From positions 11,346,001-11,410,000 of the forward strand of contig OZ059894.1 of assembly GCA_964057225.1 (NCBI GenBank): a stretch of DNA of 64,000 bases. The letters are read 5' to 3'. Below, piece by piece: positions 50,161 to 64,000 of this stretch. The translations under genes were made by a program, and so were the position numbers. The first letter of the stretch is position 1, and each line of letters opens with the position of its first letter. This stretch comes from Auanema rhodensis. Taxonomy: Eukaryota > Animalia > Nematoda. The notes beneath the pieces are model-generated. The model had not been told where the DNA came from. It saw only the letters and a list, made by a program, of their open reading frames with translations, and did not search any database.

Positions 50161-51340
50161 ACAGTAAAAAGTCCAATCAAGAGAGAAATTTTTTCAACAC
50201 ATAGTTGTTTTTTTTTTAAATATCATTGTTTTTCCTCATAACTCGGTTTAAACTCGTTCTAACCCGTTGAAATACGTCTAGAAAGTCTTTATAACATGCA
50301 TATGTATGATAGAACTTCATATTTATTGTAATAGAAAATTTTATTTTCAGACGTCTTGGTTAACAATGATATGTTTTACCCCCTTATAATTTTTATCATA
50401 ATGTTCCTTATACGGAACGCTCAATGAAACTTGCTTCCAGAAAAATTTCTTTCTATTTTTTCTTCATATGTACGTAGATACTATAGAGAACTATGATAGA
50501 AAACTTTAACATTCACGAAATCATCATTTCTCATTACGCTACGGAGGTTTAAAAAGCTGTGTTTTACCTTATAATAGACCGGAAAACCCTTGTGTTAAAA
50601 CTGGACCGTTTTTACACATATAAAAATGTCCCGTATTCGGGACCCTAATGTAACTTTTGATTCCCTATATTTTTTTTCATGAAATTTACAATCTACTGTA
50701 GAAAGAAGAATTATTTTTATAAAAACTGTAAATTTTTGAAAAATGAAAACAAAACGAAAACAAAAACAACTTTTTTTTGAACATTTTCTCACACAAGGGT
50801 CCCCCCTTACCTACTTTTTTTCTCATTACTCGTTTCAACCTCATCCGATCACTCTGCAAACATGTTTAATCGTTCTAACTTGTTGAAATACGTCTTAAAA
50901 GTCTAAACAACATGCATATGCATAATAGAAACCACCCGAATAGGCCCCCACGCACTAAACGAGATATATACATTACCAGTATAGTAATAGAACACATATT
51001 GAAGATTAATTCGATAAGAACAATTTATTGACGTAGAGAATGTTTGTTCCGAAAAACTACAATATTAAACTATAAAAGTAACAAAAGCGTAGAGGCAGCA
51101 AAGACATGAATAAACATAAATGTAAATACAGAATTACCAGGTAGTACATAAGTATGACAAAAAATTATAAGAAAGCCATGAAAATAGAAGGTTTGTGAAC
51201 AAATGAGAGGTACATCTTTGATCGTATAGTCATTTCTAAACCGTTCGTATGCTGCAGCATCGTCATAAGCGTCACTCAAGTTGAATTTCCATGTGTACTA
51301 CACGATTTTCATTCTTATTGTTACATTCTTTCCCTGAGGG

Positions 51341-51526
51341 AATGGGCCGTTCCCGCCAGCAGTGCAAGAGCGGGTCGACCCGTGAGGTGGAGCTAGCAAG
51401 CCAGCATCTACCTCAAGTCTCAAAAATCGGTTAACCTTATTGTGAACCAATGGAACACATATCGAAGGTTAATTCGATAAGAACGATTACTACACTTTGA
51501 TCTTAGCCAAAAGGCCGAGAAGCGAT
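51341..51526 (-). ncRNA. U2: U2 snRNA
   Basis: Copy of 563-748. Confidence 0.97.
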
Positions 51527-51968
51527 ACAGCATAGCCATGAGTATCAAAGACATCAAGCAAATGTATCGTACTTGTTACGAGTGCACTCTCTCATTTGAA
51601 TATAAAAGTGTGGTTTGACAATCTTGACTGTACAGGTCATAAATGGCTCATATAAACTGTGGATTTACTCAACTTTTGGACTTATTTTTTTCTTATTCGA
51701 AGCGCTGCACTTTTTTCTATTCTTTTTATTCAAATACTTGTATATAGTTTTATATGTACGGTTGCAAAGTTTCCGAATATTTTATATATTTTTATACAAT
51801 AATTAGGAGAAGGTTAATACAATGAAATCTCCCAACTTTACAGTGTTTGTATTGCTTACAGTATCTAGAACAACCACTCTTGTAATATTAGAGCACATAT
51901 CAATCAACAACTTTTTCTAGTTATCAAAGCTTTTTTATTTCTTCAAGATATTTCAAATAAAATATAAA

Positions 51969-52087
51969 AGCTTACGACACCCGGGATTCCCAAGCCGTCT
52001 CCGATCCAAGTACTAACCGGGCCCAACGTTGCTTGACTTGCCAGATCGGACGGGATGGCGTACTTTCAACGTGGTATGGTCGTAAGC
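51969..52087 (-). rRNA. 5S: 5S rRNA
   Basis: Copy of 1191-1309. Confidence 0.97.
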
Positions 52088-52328
52088 AATGTTATATTCT
52101 TCATTATCAGTTATATCACTCTAAATCTTGTTGTTAATAGTTAGGACCACAAAGAAAACAACAGGAACAGTAACAAATGAAATGCCCAAACTTTACAGTG
52201 TTCGAGTTATTTACAGTATCTAAGACTACCTCTGTCGTGTTATTAGAGCAAACATTCGATTAACAACAACTTTTTTTTAGTTATCAAAGCTTTTTTATTT
52301 CTTCAAAAAATTTCAAATAAAATATAAA

Positions 52329-52447
52329 AGCTTACGACACCCGGGATTCCCAAGCCGTCTCCGATCCAAGTACTAACCGGGCCCAACGTTGCTTGACTTG
52401 CCAGATCGGACGGGATGGCGTACTTTCAACGTGGTATGGTCGTAAGC
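52329..52447 (-). rRNA. 5S: 5S rRNA
   Basis: Copy of 1191-1309. Confidence 0.97.
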
Positions 52448-52589
52448 AATGTCATATTCTTCATTATCAGTTATATCACTCTAAATCTTGTTGTTAATAG
52501 ATACGACCACAAAGAAAACAACAGGAACAGTAACAATAACAAAAAAAATTTTTTTTTCACCTATGTGTCTAAAGGTTAGCCATGTATCC

Positions 52590-52647
<58 letters not shown>

Positions 52648-53827
52648 ACAGTAAAAAGTCCAATCAAGAGAGAAATTTTTTCAACACATAGTTGTTTTTT
52701 TTTTAAATATCATTGTTTTTCCTCATAACTCGGTTTAAACTCGTTCTAACCCGTTGAAATACGTCTAGAAAGTCTTTATAACATGCATATGTATGATAGA
52801 ACTTCATATTTATTGTAATAGAAAATTTTATTTTCAGACGTCTTGGTTAACAATGATATGTTTTACCCCCTTATAATTTTTATCATAATGTTCCTTATAC
52901 GGAACGCTCAATGAAACTTGCTTCCAGAAAAATTTCTTTCTATTTTTTCTTCATATGTACGTAGATACTATAGAGAACTATGATAGAAAACTTTAACATT
53001 CACGAAATCATCATTTCTCATTACGCTACGGAGGTTTAAAAAGCTGTGTTTTACCTTATAATAGACCGGAAAACCCTTGTGTTAAAACTGGACCGTTTTT
53101 ACACATATAAAAATGTCCCGTATTCGGGACCCTAATGTAACTTTTGATTCCCTATATTTTTTTTCATGAAATTTACAATCTACTGTAGAAAGAAGAATTA
53201 TTTTTATAAAAACTGTAAATTTTTGAAAAATGAAAACAAAACGAAAACAAAAACAACTTTTTTTTGAACATTTTCTCACACAAGGGTCCCCCCTTACCTA
53301 CTTTTTTTCTCATTACTCGTTTCAACCTCATCCGATCACTCTGCAAACATGTTTAATCGTTCTAACTTGTTGAAATACGTCTTAAAAGTCTAAACAACAT
53401 GCATATGCATAATAGAAACCACCCGAATAGGCCCCCACGCACTAAACGAGATATATACATTACCAGTATAGTAATAGAACACATATTGAAGATTAATTCG
53501 ATAAGAACAATTTATTGACGTAGAGAATGTTTGTTCCGAAAAACTACAATATTAAACTATAAAAGTAACAAAAGCGTAGAGGCAGCAAAGACATGAATAA
53601 ACATAAATGTAAATACAGAATTACCAGGTAGTACATAAGTATGACAAAAAATTATAAGAAAGCCATGAAAATAGAAGGTTTGTGAACAAATGAGAGGTAC
53701 ATCTTTGATCGTATAGTCATTTCTAAACCGTTCGTATGCTGCAGCATCGTCATAAGCGTCACTCAAGTTGAATTTCCATGTGTACTACACGATTTTCATT
53801 CTTATTGTTACATTCTTTCCCTGAGGG

Positions 53828-54013
53828 AATGGGCCGTTCCCGCCAGCAGTGCAAGAGCGGGTCGACCCGTGAGGTGGAGCTAGCAAGCCAGCATCTACCT
53901 CAAGTCTCAAAAATCGGTTAACCTTATTGTGAACCAATGGAACACATATCGAAGGTTAATTCGATAAGAACGATTACTACACTTTGATCTTAGCCAAAAG
54001 GCCGAGAAGCGAT
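53828..54013 (-). ncRNA. U2: U2 snRNA
   Basis: Copy of 563-748. Confidence 0.97.
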
Positions 54014-54455
54014 ACAGCATAGCCATGAGTATCAAAGACATCAAGCAAATGTATCGTACTTGTTACGAGTGCACTCTCTCATTTGAATATAAAAGTGTGG
54101 TTTGACAATCTTGACTGTACAGGTCATAAATGGCTCATATAAACTGTGGATTTACTCAACTTTTGGACTTATTTTTTTCTTATTCGAAGCGCTGCACTTT
54201 TTTCTATTCTTTTTATTCAAATACTTGTATATAGTTTTATATGTACGGTTGCAAAGTTTCCGAATATTTTATATATTTTTATACAATAATTAGGAGAAGG
54301 TTAATACAATGAAATCTCCCAACTTTACAGTGTTTGTATTGCTTACAGTATCTAGAACAACCACTCTTGTAATATTAGAGCACATATCAATCAACAACTT
54401 TTTCTAGTTATCAAAGCTTTTTTATTTCTTCAAGATATTTCAAATAAAATATAAA

Positions 54456-54574
54456 AGCTTACGACACCCGGGATTCCCAAGCCGTCTCCGATCCAAGTAC
54501 TAACCGGGCCCAACGTTGCTTGACTTGCCAGATCGGACGGGATGGCGTACTTTCAACGTGGTATGGTCGTAAGC
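54456..54574 (-). rRNA. 5S: 5S rRNA
   Basis: Copy of 1191-1309. Confidence 0.97.
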
Positions 54575-54815
54575 AATGTTATATTCTTCATTATCAGTTA
54601 TATCACTCTAAATCTTGTTGTTAATAGTTAGGACCACAAAGAAAACAACAGGAACAGTAACAAATGAAATGCCCAAACTTTACAGTGTTCGAGTTATTTA
54701 CAGTATCTAAGACTACCTCTGTCGTGTTATTAGAGCAAACATTCGATTAACAACAACTTTTTTTTAGTTATCAAAGCTTTTTTATTTCTTCAAAAAATTT
54801 CAAATAAAATATAAA

Positions 54816-54934
54816 AGCTTACGACACCCGGGATTCCCAAGCCGTCTCCGATCCAAGTACTAACCGGGCCCAACGTTGCTTGACTTGCCAGATCGGACGG
54901 GATGGCGTACTTTCAACGTGGTATGGTCGTAAGC
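54816..54934 (-). rRNA. 5S: 5S rRNA
   Basis: Copy of 1191-1309. Confidence 0.97.
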
Positions 54935-55076
54935 AATGTCATATTCTTCATTATCAGTTATATCACTCTAAATCTTGTTGTTAATAGATACGACCACAAA
55001 GAAAACAACAGGAACAGTAACAATAACAAAAAAAATTTTTTTTTCACCTATGTGTCTAAAGGTTAGCCATGTATCC

Positions 55077-55134
<58 letters not shown>

Positions 55135-56313
55135 ACAGTAAAAAGTCCAATCAAGAGAGAAATTTTTTCAACACATAGTTGTTTTTTTTTAAATATCATT
55201 GTTTTTCCTCATAACTCGGTTTAAACTCGTTCTAACCCGTTGAAATACGTCTAGAAAGTCTTTATAACATGCATATGTATGATAGAACTTCATATTTATT
55301 GTAATAGAAAATTTTATTTTCAGACGTCTTGGTTAACAATGATATGTTTTACCCCCTTATAATTTTTATCATAATGTTCCTTATACGGAACGCTCAATGA
55401 AACTTGCTTCCAGAAAAATTTCTTTCTATTTTTTCTTCATATGTACGTAGATACTATAGAGAACTATGATAGAAAACTTTAACATTCACGAAATCATCAT
55501 TTCTCATTACGCTACGGAGGTTTAAAAAGCTGTGTTTTACCTTATAATAGACCGGAAAACCCTTGTGTTAAAACTGGACCGTTTTTACACATATAAAAAT
55601 GTCCCGTATTCGGGACCCTAATGTAACTTTTGATTCCCTATATTTTTTTTCATGAAATTTACAATCTACTGTAGAAAGAAGAATTATTTTTATAAAAACT
55701 GTAAATTTTTGAAAAATGAAAACAAAACGAAAACAAAAACAACTTTTTTTTGAACATTTTCTCACACAAGGGTCCCCCCTTACCTACTTTTTTTCTCATT
55801 ACTCGTTTCAACCTCATCCGATCACTCTGCAAACATGTTTAATCGTTCTAACTTGTTGAAATACGTCTTAAAAGTCTAAACAACATGCATATGCATAATA
55901 GAAACCACCCGAATAGGCCCCCACGCACTAAACGAGATATATACATTACCAGTATAGTAATAGAACACATATTGAAGATTAATTCGATAAGAACAATTTA
56001 TTGACGTAGAGAATGTTTGTTCCGAAAAACTACAATATTAAACTATAAAAGTAACAAAAGCGTAGAGGCAGCAAAGACATGAATAAACATAAATGTAAAT
56101 ACAGAATTACCAGGTAGTACATAAGTATGACAAAAAATTATAAGAAAGCCATGAAAATAGAAGGTTTGTGAACAAATGAGAGGTACATCTTTGATCGTAT
56201 AGTCATTTCTAAACCGTTCGTATGCTGCAGCATCGTCATAAGCGTCACTCAAGTTGAATTTCCATGTGTACTACACGATTTTCATTCTTATTGTTACATT
56301 CTTTCCCTGAGGG

Positions 56314-56499
56314 AATGGGCCGTTCCCGCCAGCAGTGCAAGAGCGGGTCGACCCGTGAGGTGGAGCTAGCAAGCCAGCATCTACCTCAAGTCTCAAAAAT
56401 CGGTTAACCTTATTGTGAACCAATGGAACACATATCGAAGGTTAATTCGATAAGAACGATTACTACACTTTGATCTTAGCCAAAAGGCCGAGAAGCGAT
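56314..56499 (-). ncRNA. U2: U2 snRNA
   Basis: Copy of 563-748. Confidence 0.97.
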
Positions 56500-56941
56500 A
56501 CAGCATAGCCATGAGTATCAAAGACATCAAGCAAATGTATCGTACTTGTTACGAGTGCACTCTCTCATTTGAATATAAAAGTGTGGTTTGACAATCTTGA
56601 CTGTACAGGTCATAAATGGCTCATATAAACTGTGGATTTACTCAACTTTTGGACTTATTTTTTTCTTATTCGAAGCGCTGCACTTTTTTCTATTCTTTTT
56701 ATTCAAATACTTGTATATAGTTTTATATGTACGGTTGCAAAGTTTCCGAATATTTTATATATTTTTATACAATAATTAGGAGAAGGTTAATACAATGAAA
56801 TCTCCCAACTTTACAGTGTTTGTATTGCTTACAGTATCTAGAACAACCACTCTTGTAATATTAGAGCACATATCAATCAACAACTTTTTCTAGTTATCAA
56901 AGCTTTTTTATTTCTTCAAGATATTTCAAATAAAATATAAA

Positions 56942-57060
56942 AGCTTACGACACCCGGGATTCCCAAGCCGTCTCCGATCCAAGTACTAACCGGGCCCAAC
57001 GTTGCTTGACTTGCCAGATCGGACGGGATGGCGTACTTTCAACGTGGTATGGTCGTAAGC
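56942..57060 (-). rRNA. 5S: 5S rRNA
   Basis: Copy of 1191-1309. Confidence 0.97.
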
Positions 57061-57301
57061 AATGTTATATTCTTCATTATCAGTTATATCACTCTAAATC
57101 TTGTTGTTAATAGTTAGGACCACAAAGAAAACAACAGGAACAGTAACAAATGAAATGCCCAAACTTTACAGTGTTCGAGTTATTTACAGTATCTGAGACT
57201 ACCTCTGTCGTGTTATTAGAGCAAACATTCGATTAACAACAACTTTTTTTTAGTTATCAAAGCTTTTTTATTTCTTCAAAAAATTTCAAATAAAATATAA
57301 A

Positions 57302-57420
57302 AGCTTACGACACCCGGGATTCCCAAGCCGTCTCCGATCCAAGTACTAACCGGGCCCAACGCTGCTTGACTTGCCAGATCGGACGGGATGGCGTACTTTC
57401 AACGTGGTATGGTCGTAAGC
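57302..57420 (-). rRNA. 5S: 5S rRNA, A59G variant
   Basis: Copy of 1191-1309 with t>c at 57362. Confidence 0.96.
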
Positions 57421-57562
57421 AATGTCATATTCTTCATTATCAGTTATATCACTCTAAATCTTGTTGTTAATAGATACGACCACAAAGAAAACAACAGGAA
57501 CAGTAACAATAACAAAAAAAATTTTTTTTTCACCTATGTGTCTAAAGGTTAGCCATGTATCC

Positions 57563-57620
<58 letters not shown>

Positions 57621-58800
57621 ACAGTAAAAAGTCCAATCAAGAGAGAAATTTTTTCAACACATAGTTTTTTTTTTTTTAAATATCATTGTTTTTCCTCATA
57701 ACTCGGTTTAAACTCGTTCTAACCCGTTGAAATACGTCTAGAAAGTCTTTATAACATGCATATGTATGATAGAACTTCATATTTATTGTAATAGAAAATT
57801 TTATTTTCAGACGTCTTGGTTAACAATGATATGTTTTACCCCCTTATAATTTTTATCATAATGTTCCTTATACGGAACGCTCAATGAAACTTGCTTCCAG
57901 AAAAATTTCTTTCTATTTTTTCTTCATATGTACGTAGATACTATAGAGAACTATGATAGAAAACTTTAACATTCACGAAATCATCATTTCTCATTACGCT
58001 ACGGAGGTTTAAAAAGCTGTGTTTTACCTTATAATAGACCGGAAAACCCTTGTGTTAAAACTGGACCGTTTTTACACATATAAAAATGTCCCGTATTCGG
58101 GACCCTAATGTAACTTTTGATTCCCTATATTTTTTTTCATGAAATTTACAATCTACTGTAGAAAGAAGAATTATTTTTATAAAAACTGTAAATTTTTGAA
58201 AAATGAAAACAAAACGAAAACAAAAACAACTTTTTTTTGAACATTTTCTCACACAAGGGTCCCCCCTTACCTACTTTTTTTCTCATTACTCGTTTCAACC
58301 TCATCCGATCACTCTGCAAACATGTTTAATCGTTCTAACTTGTTGAAATACGTCTTAAAAGTCTAAACAACATGCATATGCATAATAGAAACCACCCGAA
58401 TAGGCCCCCACGCACTAAACGAGATATATACATTACCAGTATAGTAATAGAACACATATTGAAGATTAATTCGATAAGAACAATTTATTGACGTAGAGAA
58501 TGTTTGTTCCGAAAAACTACAATATTAAACTATAAAAGTAACAAAAGCGTAGAGGCAGCAAAGACATGAATAAACATAAATGTAAATACAGAATTACCAG
58601 GTAGTACATAAGTATGACAAAAAATTATAAGAAAGCCATGAAAATAGAAGGTTTGTGAACAAATGAGAGGTACATCTTTGATCGTATAGTCATTTCTAAA
58701 CCGTTCGTATGCTGCAGCATCGTCATAAGCGTCACTCAAGTTGAATTTCCATGTGTACTACACGATTTTCATTCTTATTGTTACATTCTTTCCCTGAGGG

Positions 58801-58986
58801 AATGGGCCGTTCCCGCCAGCAGTGCAAGAGCGGGTCGACCCGTGAGGTGGAGCTAGCAAGCCAGCATCTACCTCAAGTCTCAAAAATCGGTTAACCTTAT
58901 TGTGAACCAATGGAACACATATCGAAGGTTAATTCGATAAGAACGATTACTACACTTTGATCTTAGCCAAAAGGCCGAGAAGCGAT
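58801..58986 (-). ncRNA. U2: U2 snRNA
   Basis: Copy of 563-748. Confidence 0.97.
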
Positions 58987-59428
58987 ACAGCATAGCCATG
59001 AGTATCAAAGACATCAAGCAAATGTATCGTACTTGTTACGAGTGCACTCTCTCATTTGAATATAAAAGTGTGGTTTGACAATCTTGACTGTACAGGTCAT
59101 AAATGGCTCATATAAACTGTGGATTTACTCAACTTTTGGACTTATTTTTTTCTTATTCGAAGCGCTGCACTTTTTTCTATTCTTTTTATTCAAATACTTG
59201 TATATAGTTTTATATGTACGGTTGCAAAGTTTCCGAATATTTTATATATTTTTATACAATAATTAGGAGAAGGTTAATACAATGAAATCTCCCAACTTTA
59301 CAGTGTTTGTATTGCTTACAGTATCTAGAACAACCACTCTTGTAATATTAGAGCACATATCAATCAACAACTTTTTCTAGTTATCAAAGCTTTTTTATTT
59401 CTTCAAGATATTTCAAATAAAATATAAA

Positions 59429-59547
59429 AGCTTACGACACCCGGGATTCCCAAGCCGTCTCCGATCCAAGTACTAACCGGGCCCAACGTTGCTTGACTTG
59501 CCAGATCGGACGGGATGGCGTACTTTCAACGTGGTATGGTCGTAAGC
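59429..59547 (-). rRNA. 5S: 5S rRNA
   Basis: Copy of 1191-1309. Confidence 0.97.
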
Positions 59548-59788
59548 AATGTTATATTCTTCATTATCAGTTATATCACTCTAAATCTTGTTGTTAATAG
59601 TTAGGACCACAAAGAAAACAACAGGAACAGTAACAAATGAAATGCCCAAACTTTACAGTGTTCGAGTTATTTACAGTATCTAAGACTACCTCTGTCGTGT
59701 TATTAGAGCAAACATTCGATTAACAACAACTTTTTTTTAGTTATCAAAGCTTTTTTATTTCTTCAAAAAATTTCAAATAAAATATAAA

Positions 59789-59907
59789 AGCTTACGACAC
59801 CCGGGATTCCCAAGCCGTCTCCGATCCAAGTACTAACCGGGCCCAACGCTGCTTGACTTGCCAGATCGGACGGGATGGCGTACTTTCAACGTGGTATGGT
59901 CGTAAGC
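59789..59907 (-). rRNA. 5S: 5S rRNA, A59G variant
   Basis: Copy of 1191-1309 with t>c at 59849. Confidence 0.96.
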
Positions 59908-60049
59908 AATGTCATATTCTTCATTATCAGTTATATCACTCTAAATCTTGTTGTTAATAGATACGACCACAAAGAAAACAACAGGAACAGTAACAATAAC
60001 AAAAAAAATTTTTTTTTCACCTATGTGTCTAAAGGTTAGCCATGTATCC

Positions 60050-60107
<58 letters not shown>

Positions 60108-61287
60108 ACAGTAAAAAGTCCAATCAAGAGAGAAATTTTTTCAACACATAGTTTTTTTTTTTTTAAATATCATTGTTTTTCCTCATAACTCGGTTTAAAC
60201 TCGTTCTAACCCGTTGAAATACGTCTAGAAAGTCTTTATAACATGCATATGTATGATAGAACTTCATATTTATTGTAATAGAAAATTTTATTTTCAGACG
60301 TCTTGGTTAACAATGATATGTTTTACCCCCTTATAATTTTTATCATAATGTTCCTTATACGGAACGCTCAATGAAACTTGCTTCCAGAAAAATTTCTTTC
60401 TATTTTTTCTTCATATGTACGTAGATACTATAGAGAACTATGATAGAAAACTTTAACATTCACGAAATCATCATTTCTCATTACGCTACGGAGGTTTAAA
60501 AAGCTGTGTTTTACCTTATAATAGACCGGAAAACCCTTGTGTTAAAACTGGACCGTTTTTACACATATAAAAATGTCCCGTATTCGGGACCCTAATGTAA
60601 CTTTTGATTCCCTATATTTTTTTTCATGAAATTTACAATCTACTGTAGAAAGAAGAATTATTTTTATAAAAACTGTAAATTTTTGAAAAATGAAAACAAA
60701 ACGAAAACAAAAACAACTTTTTTTTGAACATTTTCTCACACAAGGGTCCCCCCTTACCTACTTTTTTTCTCATTACTCGTTTCAACCTCATCCGATCACT
60801 CTGCAAACATGTTTAATCGTTCTAACTTGTTGAAATACGTCTTAAAAGTCTAAACAACATGCATATGCATAATAGAAACCACCCGAATAGGCCCCCACGC
60901 ACTAAACGAGATATATACATTACCAGTATAGTAATAGAACACATATTGAAGATTAATTCGATAAGAACAATTTATTGACGTAGAGAATGTTTGTTCCGAA
61001 AAACTACAATATTAAACTATAAAAGTAACAAAAGCGTAGAGGCAGCAAAGACATGAATAAACATAAATGTAAATACAGAATTACCAGGTAGTACATAAGT
61101 ATGACAAAAAATTATAAGAAAGCCATGAAAATAGAAGGTTTGTGAACAAATGAGAGGTACATCTTTGATCGTATAGTCATTTCTAAACCGTTCGTATGCT
61201 GCAGCATCGTCATAAGCGTCACTCAAGTTGAATTTCCATGTGTACTACACGATTTTCATTCTTATTGTTACATTCTTTCCCTGAGGG

Positions 61288-61473
61288 AATGGGCCGTTCC
61301 CGCCAGCAGTGCAAGAGCGGGTCGACCCGTGAGGTGGAGCTAGCAAGCCAGCATCTACCTCAAGTCTCAAAAATCGGTTAACCTTATTGTGAACCAATGG
61401 AACACATATCGAAGGTTAATTCGATAAGAACGATTACTACACTTTGATCTTAGCCAAAAGGCCGAGAAGCGAT
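61288..61473 (-). ncRNA. U2: U2 snRNA
   Basis: Copy of 563-748. Confidence 0.97.
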
Positions 61474-61915
61474 ACAGCATAGCCATGAGTATCAAAGACA
61501 TCAAGCAAATGTATCGTACTTGTTACGAGTGCACTCTCTCATTTGAATATAAAAGTGTGGTTTGACAATCTTGACTGTACAGGTCATAAATGGCTCATAT
61601 AAACTGTGGATTTACTCAACTTTTGGACTTATTTTTTTCTTATTCGAAGCGCTGCACTTTTTTCTATTCTTTTTATTCAAATACTTGTATATAGTTTTAT
61701 ATGTACGGTTGCAAAGTTTCCGAATATTTTATATATTTTTATACAATAATTAGGAGAAGGTTAATACAATGAAATCTCCCAACTTTACAGTGTTTGTATT
61801 GCTTACAGTATCTAGAACAACCACTCTTGTAATATTAGAGCACATATCAATCAACAACTTTTTCTAGTTATCAAAGCTTTTTTATTTCTTCAAGATATTT
61901 CAAATAAAATATAAA

Positions 61916-62034
61916 AGCTTACGACACCCGGGATTCCCAAGCCGTCTCCGATCCAAGTACTAACCGGGCCCAACGTTGCTTGACTTGCCAGATCGGACGG
62001 GATGGCGTACTTTCAACGTGGTATGGTCGTAAGC
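61916..62034 (-). rRNA. 5S: 5S rRNA
   Basis: Copy of 1191-1309. Confidence 0.97.
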
Positions 62035-62275
62035 AATGTTATATTCTTCATTATCAGTTATATCACTCTAAATCTTGTTGTTAATAGTTAGGACCACAAA
62101 GAAAACAACAGGAACAGTAACAAATGAAATGCCCAAACTTTACAGTGTTCGAGTTATTTACAGTATCTAAGACTACCTCTGTCGTGTTATTAGAGCAAAC
62201 ATTCGATTAACAACAACTTTTTTTTAGTTATCAAAGCTTTTTTATTTCTTCAAAAAATTTCAAATAAAATATAAA

Positions 62276-62394
62276 AGCTTACGACACCCGGGATTCCCAA
62301 GCCGTCTCCGATCCAAGTACTAACCGGGCCCAACGTTGCTTGACTTGCCAGATCGGACGGGATGGCGTACTTTCAACGTGGTATGGTCGTAAGC
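62276..62394 (-). rRNA. 5S: 5S rRNA
   Basis: Copy of 1191-1309. Confidence 0.97.
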
Positions 62395-62536
62395 AATGTC
62401 ATATTCTTCATTATCAGTTATATCACTCTAAATCTTGTTGTTAATAGATACGACCACAAAGAAAACAACAGGAACAGTAACAATAACAAATAAAATTTTT
62501 TTTTCACCTATGTGTCTAAAGGTTAGCCATGTATCC

Positions 62537-62590
<54 letters not shown>

Positions 62591-63770
62591 ACAGTAAAAA
62601 GTCCAATCAAGAGAGAAATTTTTTCAACACATAGTTGTTTTTTTTTTAAATATCATTGTTTTTCCTCATAACTCGGTTTAAACTCGTTCTAACCCGTTGA
62701 AATACGTCTAGAAAGTCTTTATAACATGCATATGTATGATAGAACTTCATATTTATTGTAATAGAAAATTTTATTTTCAGACGTCTTGGTTAACAATGAT
62801 ATGTTTTACCCCCTTATAATTTTTATCATAATGTTCCTTATACGGAACGCTCAATGAAACTTGCTTCCAGAAAAATTTCTTTCTATTTTTTCTTCATATG
62901 TACGTAGATACTATAGAGAACTATGATAGAAAACTTTAACATTCACGAAATCATCATTTCTCATTACGCTACGGAGGTTTAAAAAGCTGTGTTTTACCTT
63001 ATAATAGACCGGAAAACCCTTGTGTTAAAACTGGACCGTTTTTACACATATAAAAATGTCCCGTATTCGGGACCCTAATGTAACTTTTGATTCCCTATAT
63101 TTTTTTTCATGAAATTTACAATCTACTGTAGAAAGAAGAATTATTTTTATAAAAACTGTAAATTTTTGAAAAATGAAAACAAAACGAAAACAAAAACAAC
63201 TTTTTTTTGAACATTTTCTCACACAAGGGTCCCCCCTTACCTACTTTTTTTCTCATTACTCGTTTCAACCTCATCCGATCACTCTGCAAACATGTTTAAT
63301 CGTTCTAACTTGTTGAAATACGTCTTAAAAGTCTAAACAACATGCATATGCATAATAGAAACCACCCGAATAGGCCCCCACGCACTAAACGAGATATATA
63401 CATTACCAGTATAGTAATAGAACACATATTGAAGATTAATTCGATAAGAACAATTTATTGACGTAGAGAATGTTTGTTCCGAAAAACTACAATATTAAAC
63501 TATAAAAGTAACAAAAGCGTAGAGGCAGCAAAGACATGAATAAACATAAATGTAAATACAGAATTACCAGGTAGTACATAAGTATGACAAAAAATTATAA
63601 GAAAGCCATGAAAATAGAAGGTTTGTGAACAAATGAGAGGTACATCTTTGATCGTATAGTCATTTCTAAACCGTTCGTATGCTGCAGCATCGTCATAAGC
63701 GTCACTCAAGTTGAATTTCCATGTGTACTACACGATTTTCATTCTTATTGTTACATTCTTTCCCTGAGGG

Positions 63771-63956
63771 AATGGGCCGTTCCCGCCAGCAGTGCAAGAG
63801 CGGGTCGACCCGTGAGGTGGAGCTAGCAAGCCAGCATCTACCTCAAGTCTCAAAAATCGGTTAACCTTATTGTGAACCAATGGAACACATATCGAAGGTT
63901 AATTCGATAAGAACGATTACTACACTTTGATCTTAGCCAAAAGGCCGAGAAGCGAT
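63771..63956 (-). ncRNA. U2: U2 snRNA
   Basis: Copy of 563-748. Confidence 0.97.
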
Positions 63957-64000
63957 ACAGCATAGCCATGAGTATCAAAGACATCAAGCAAATGTATCGT

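Larger units (their letters stand above)
1..64000. repeat. Tandem array of ~2.47-kb U2 snRNA + 5S rRNA units (about 24 units, open at both window ends)
   Basis: Identical sequence and identical short ORFs recur every 2459-2513 bp; longer or shorter units are explained by insertions, 5S copy number and (TA)n length. Confidence 0.99.

Overview
Eukaryotic DNA, very probably nematode (the 5S and U2 sequences closely resemble my recollection of the C. elegans genes). The whole window is a head-to-tail tandem array of about 24 nearly identical ~2.47-kb units. Each unit carries, on the minus strand, one U2 snRNA gene and normally two 5S rRNA genes in a 360-bp sub-repeat, plus a variable (TA)n tract. 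I count 20 intact U2 genes, 4 interrupted U2 genes and 44 5S genes. All four interruptions fall at the same U2 position (nt 38/39, the end of the GUAGUA branch-point recognition sequence). Two are copies of an RLE-type U2-targeting non-LTR retrotransposon of the Utopia/NeSL group: one has an intact 1092-aa ORF (39.2-42.9 kb) and one is 5'-truncated (8.1-10.2 kb). The other two are identical 828-bp non-coding inserts (15.3-16.1 and 18.6-19.4 kb) with a U2-derived head and a structured, Utopia-like 3' tail, i.e. a candidate U2-targeted non-autonomous SINE/SIDE. A diverged tail-U2-head junction of that element is fixed in every unit just downstream of U2. The U2 genes also deviate from the canonical sequence immediately 3' of the insertion site. 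The short repeated ORFs in the ORF track are spurious. Coordinates were counted by hand and may be off by 1-3 nt.
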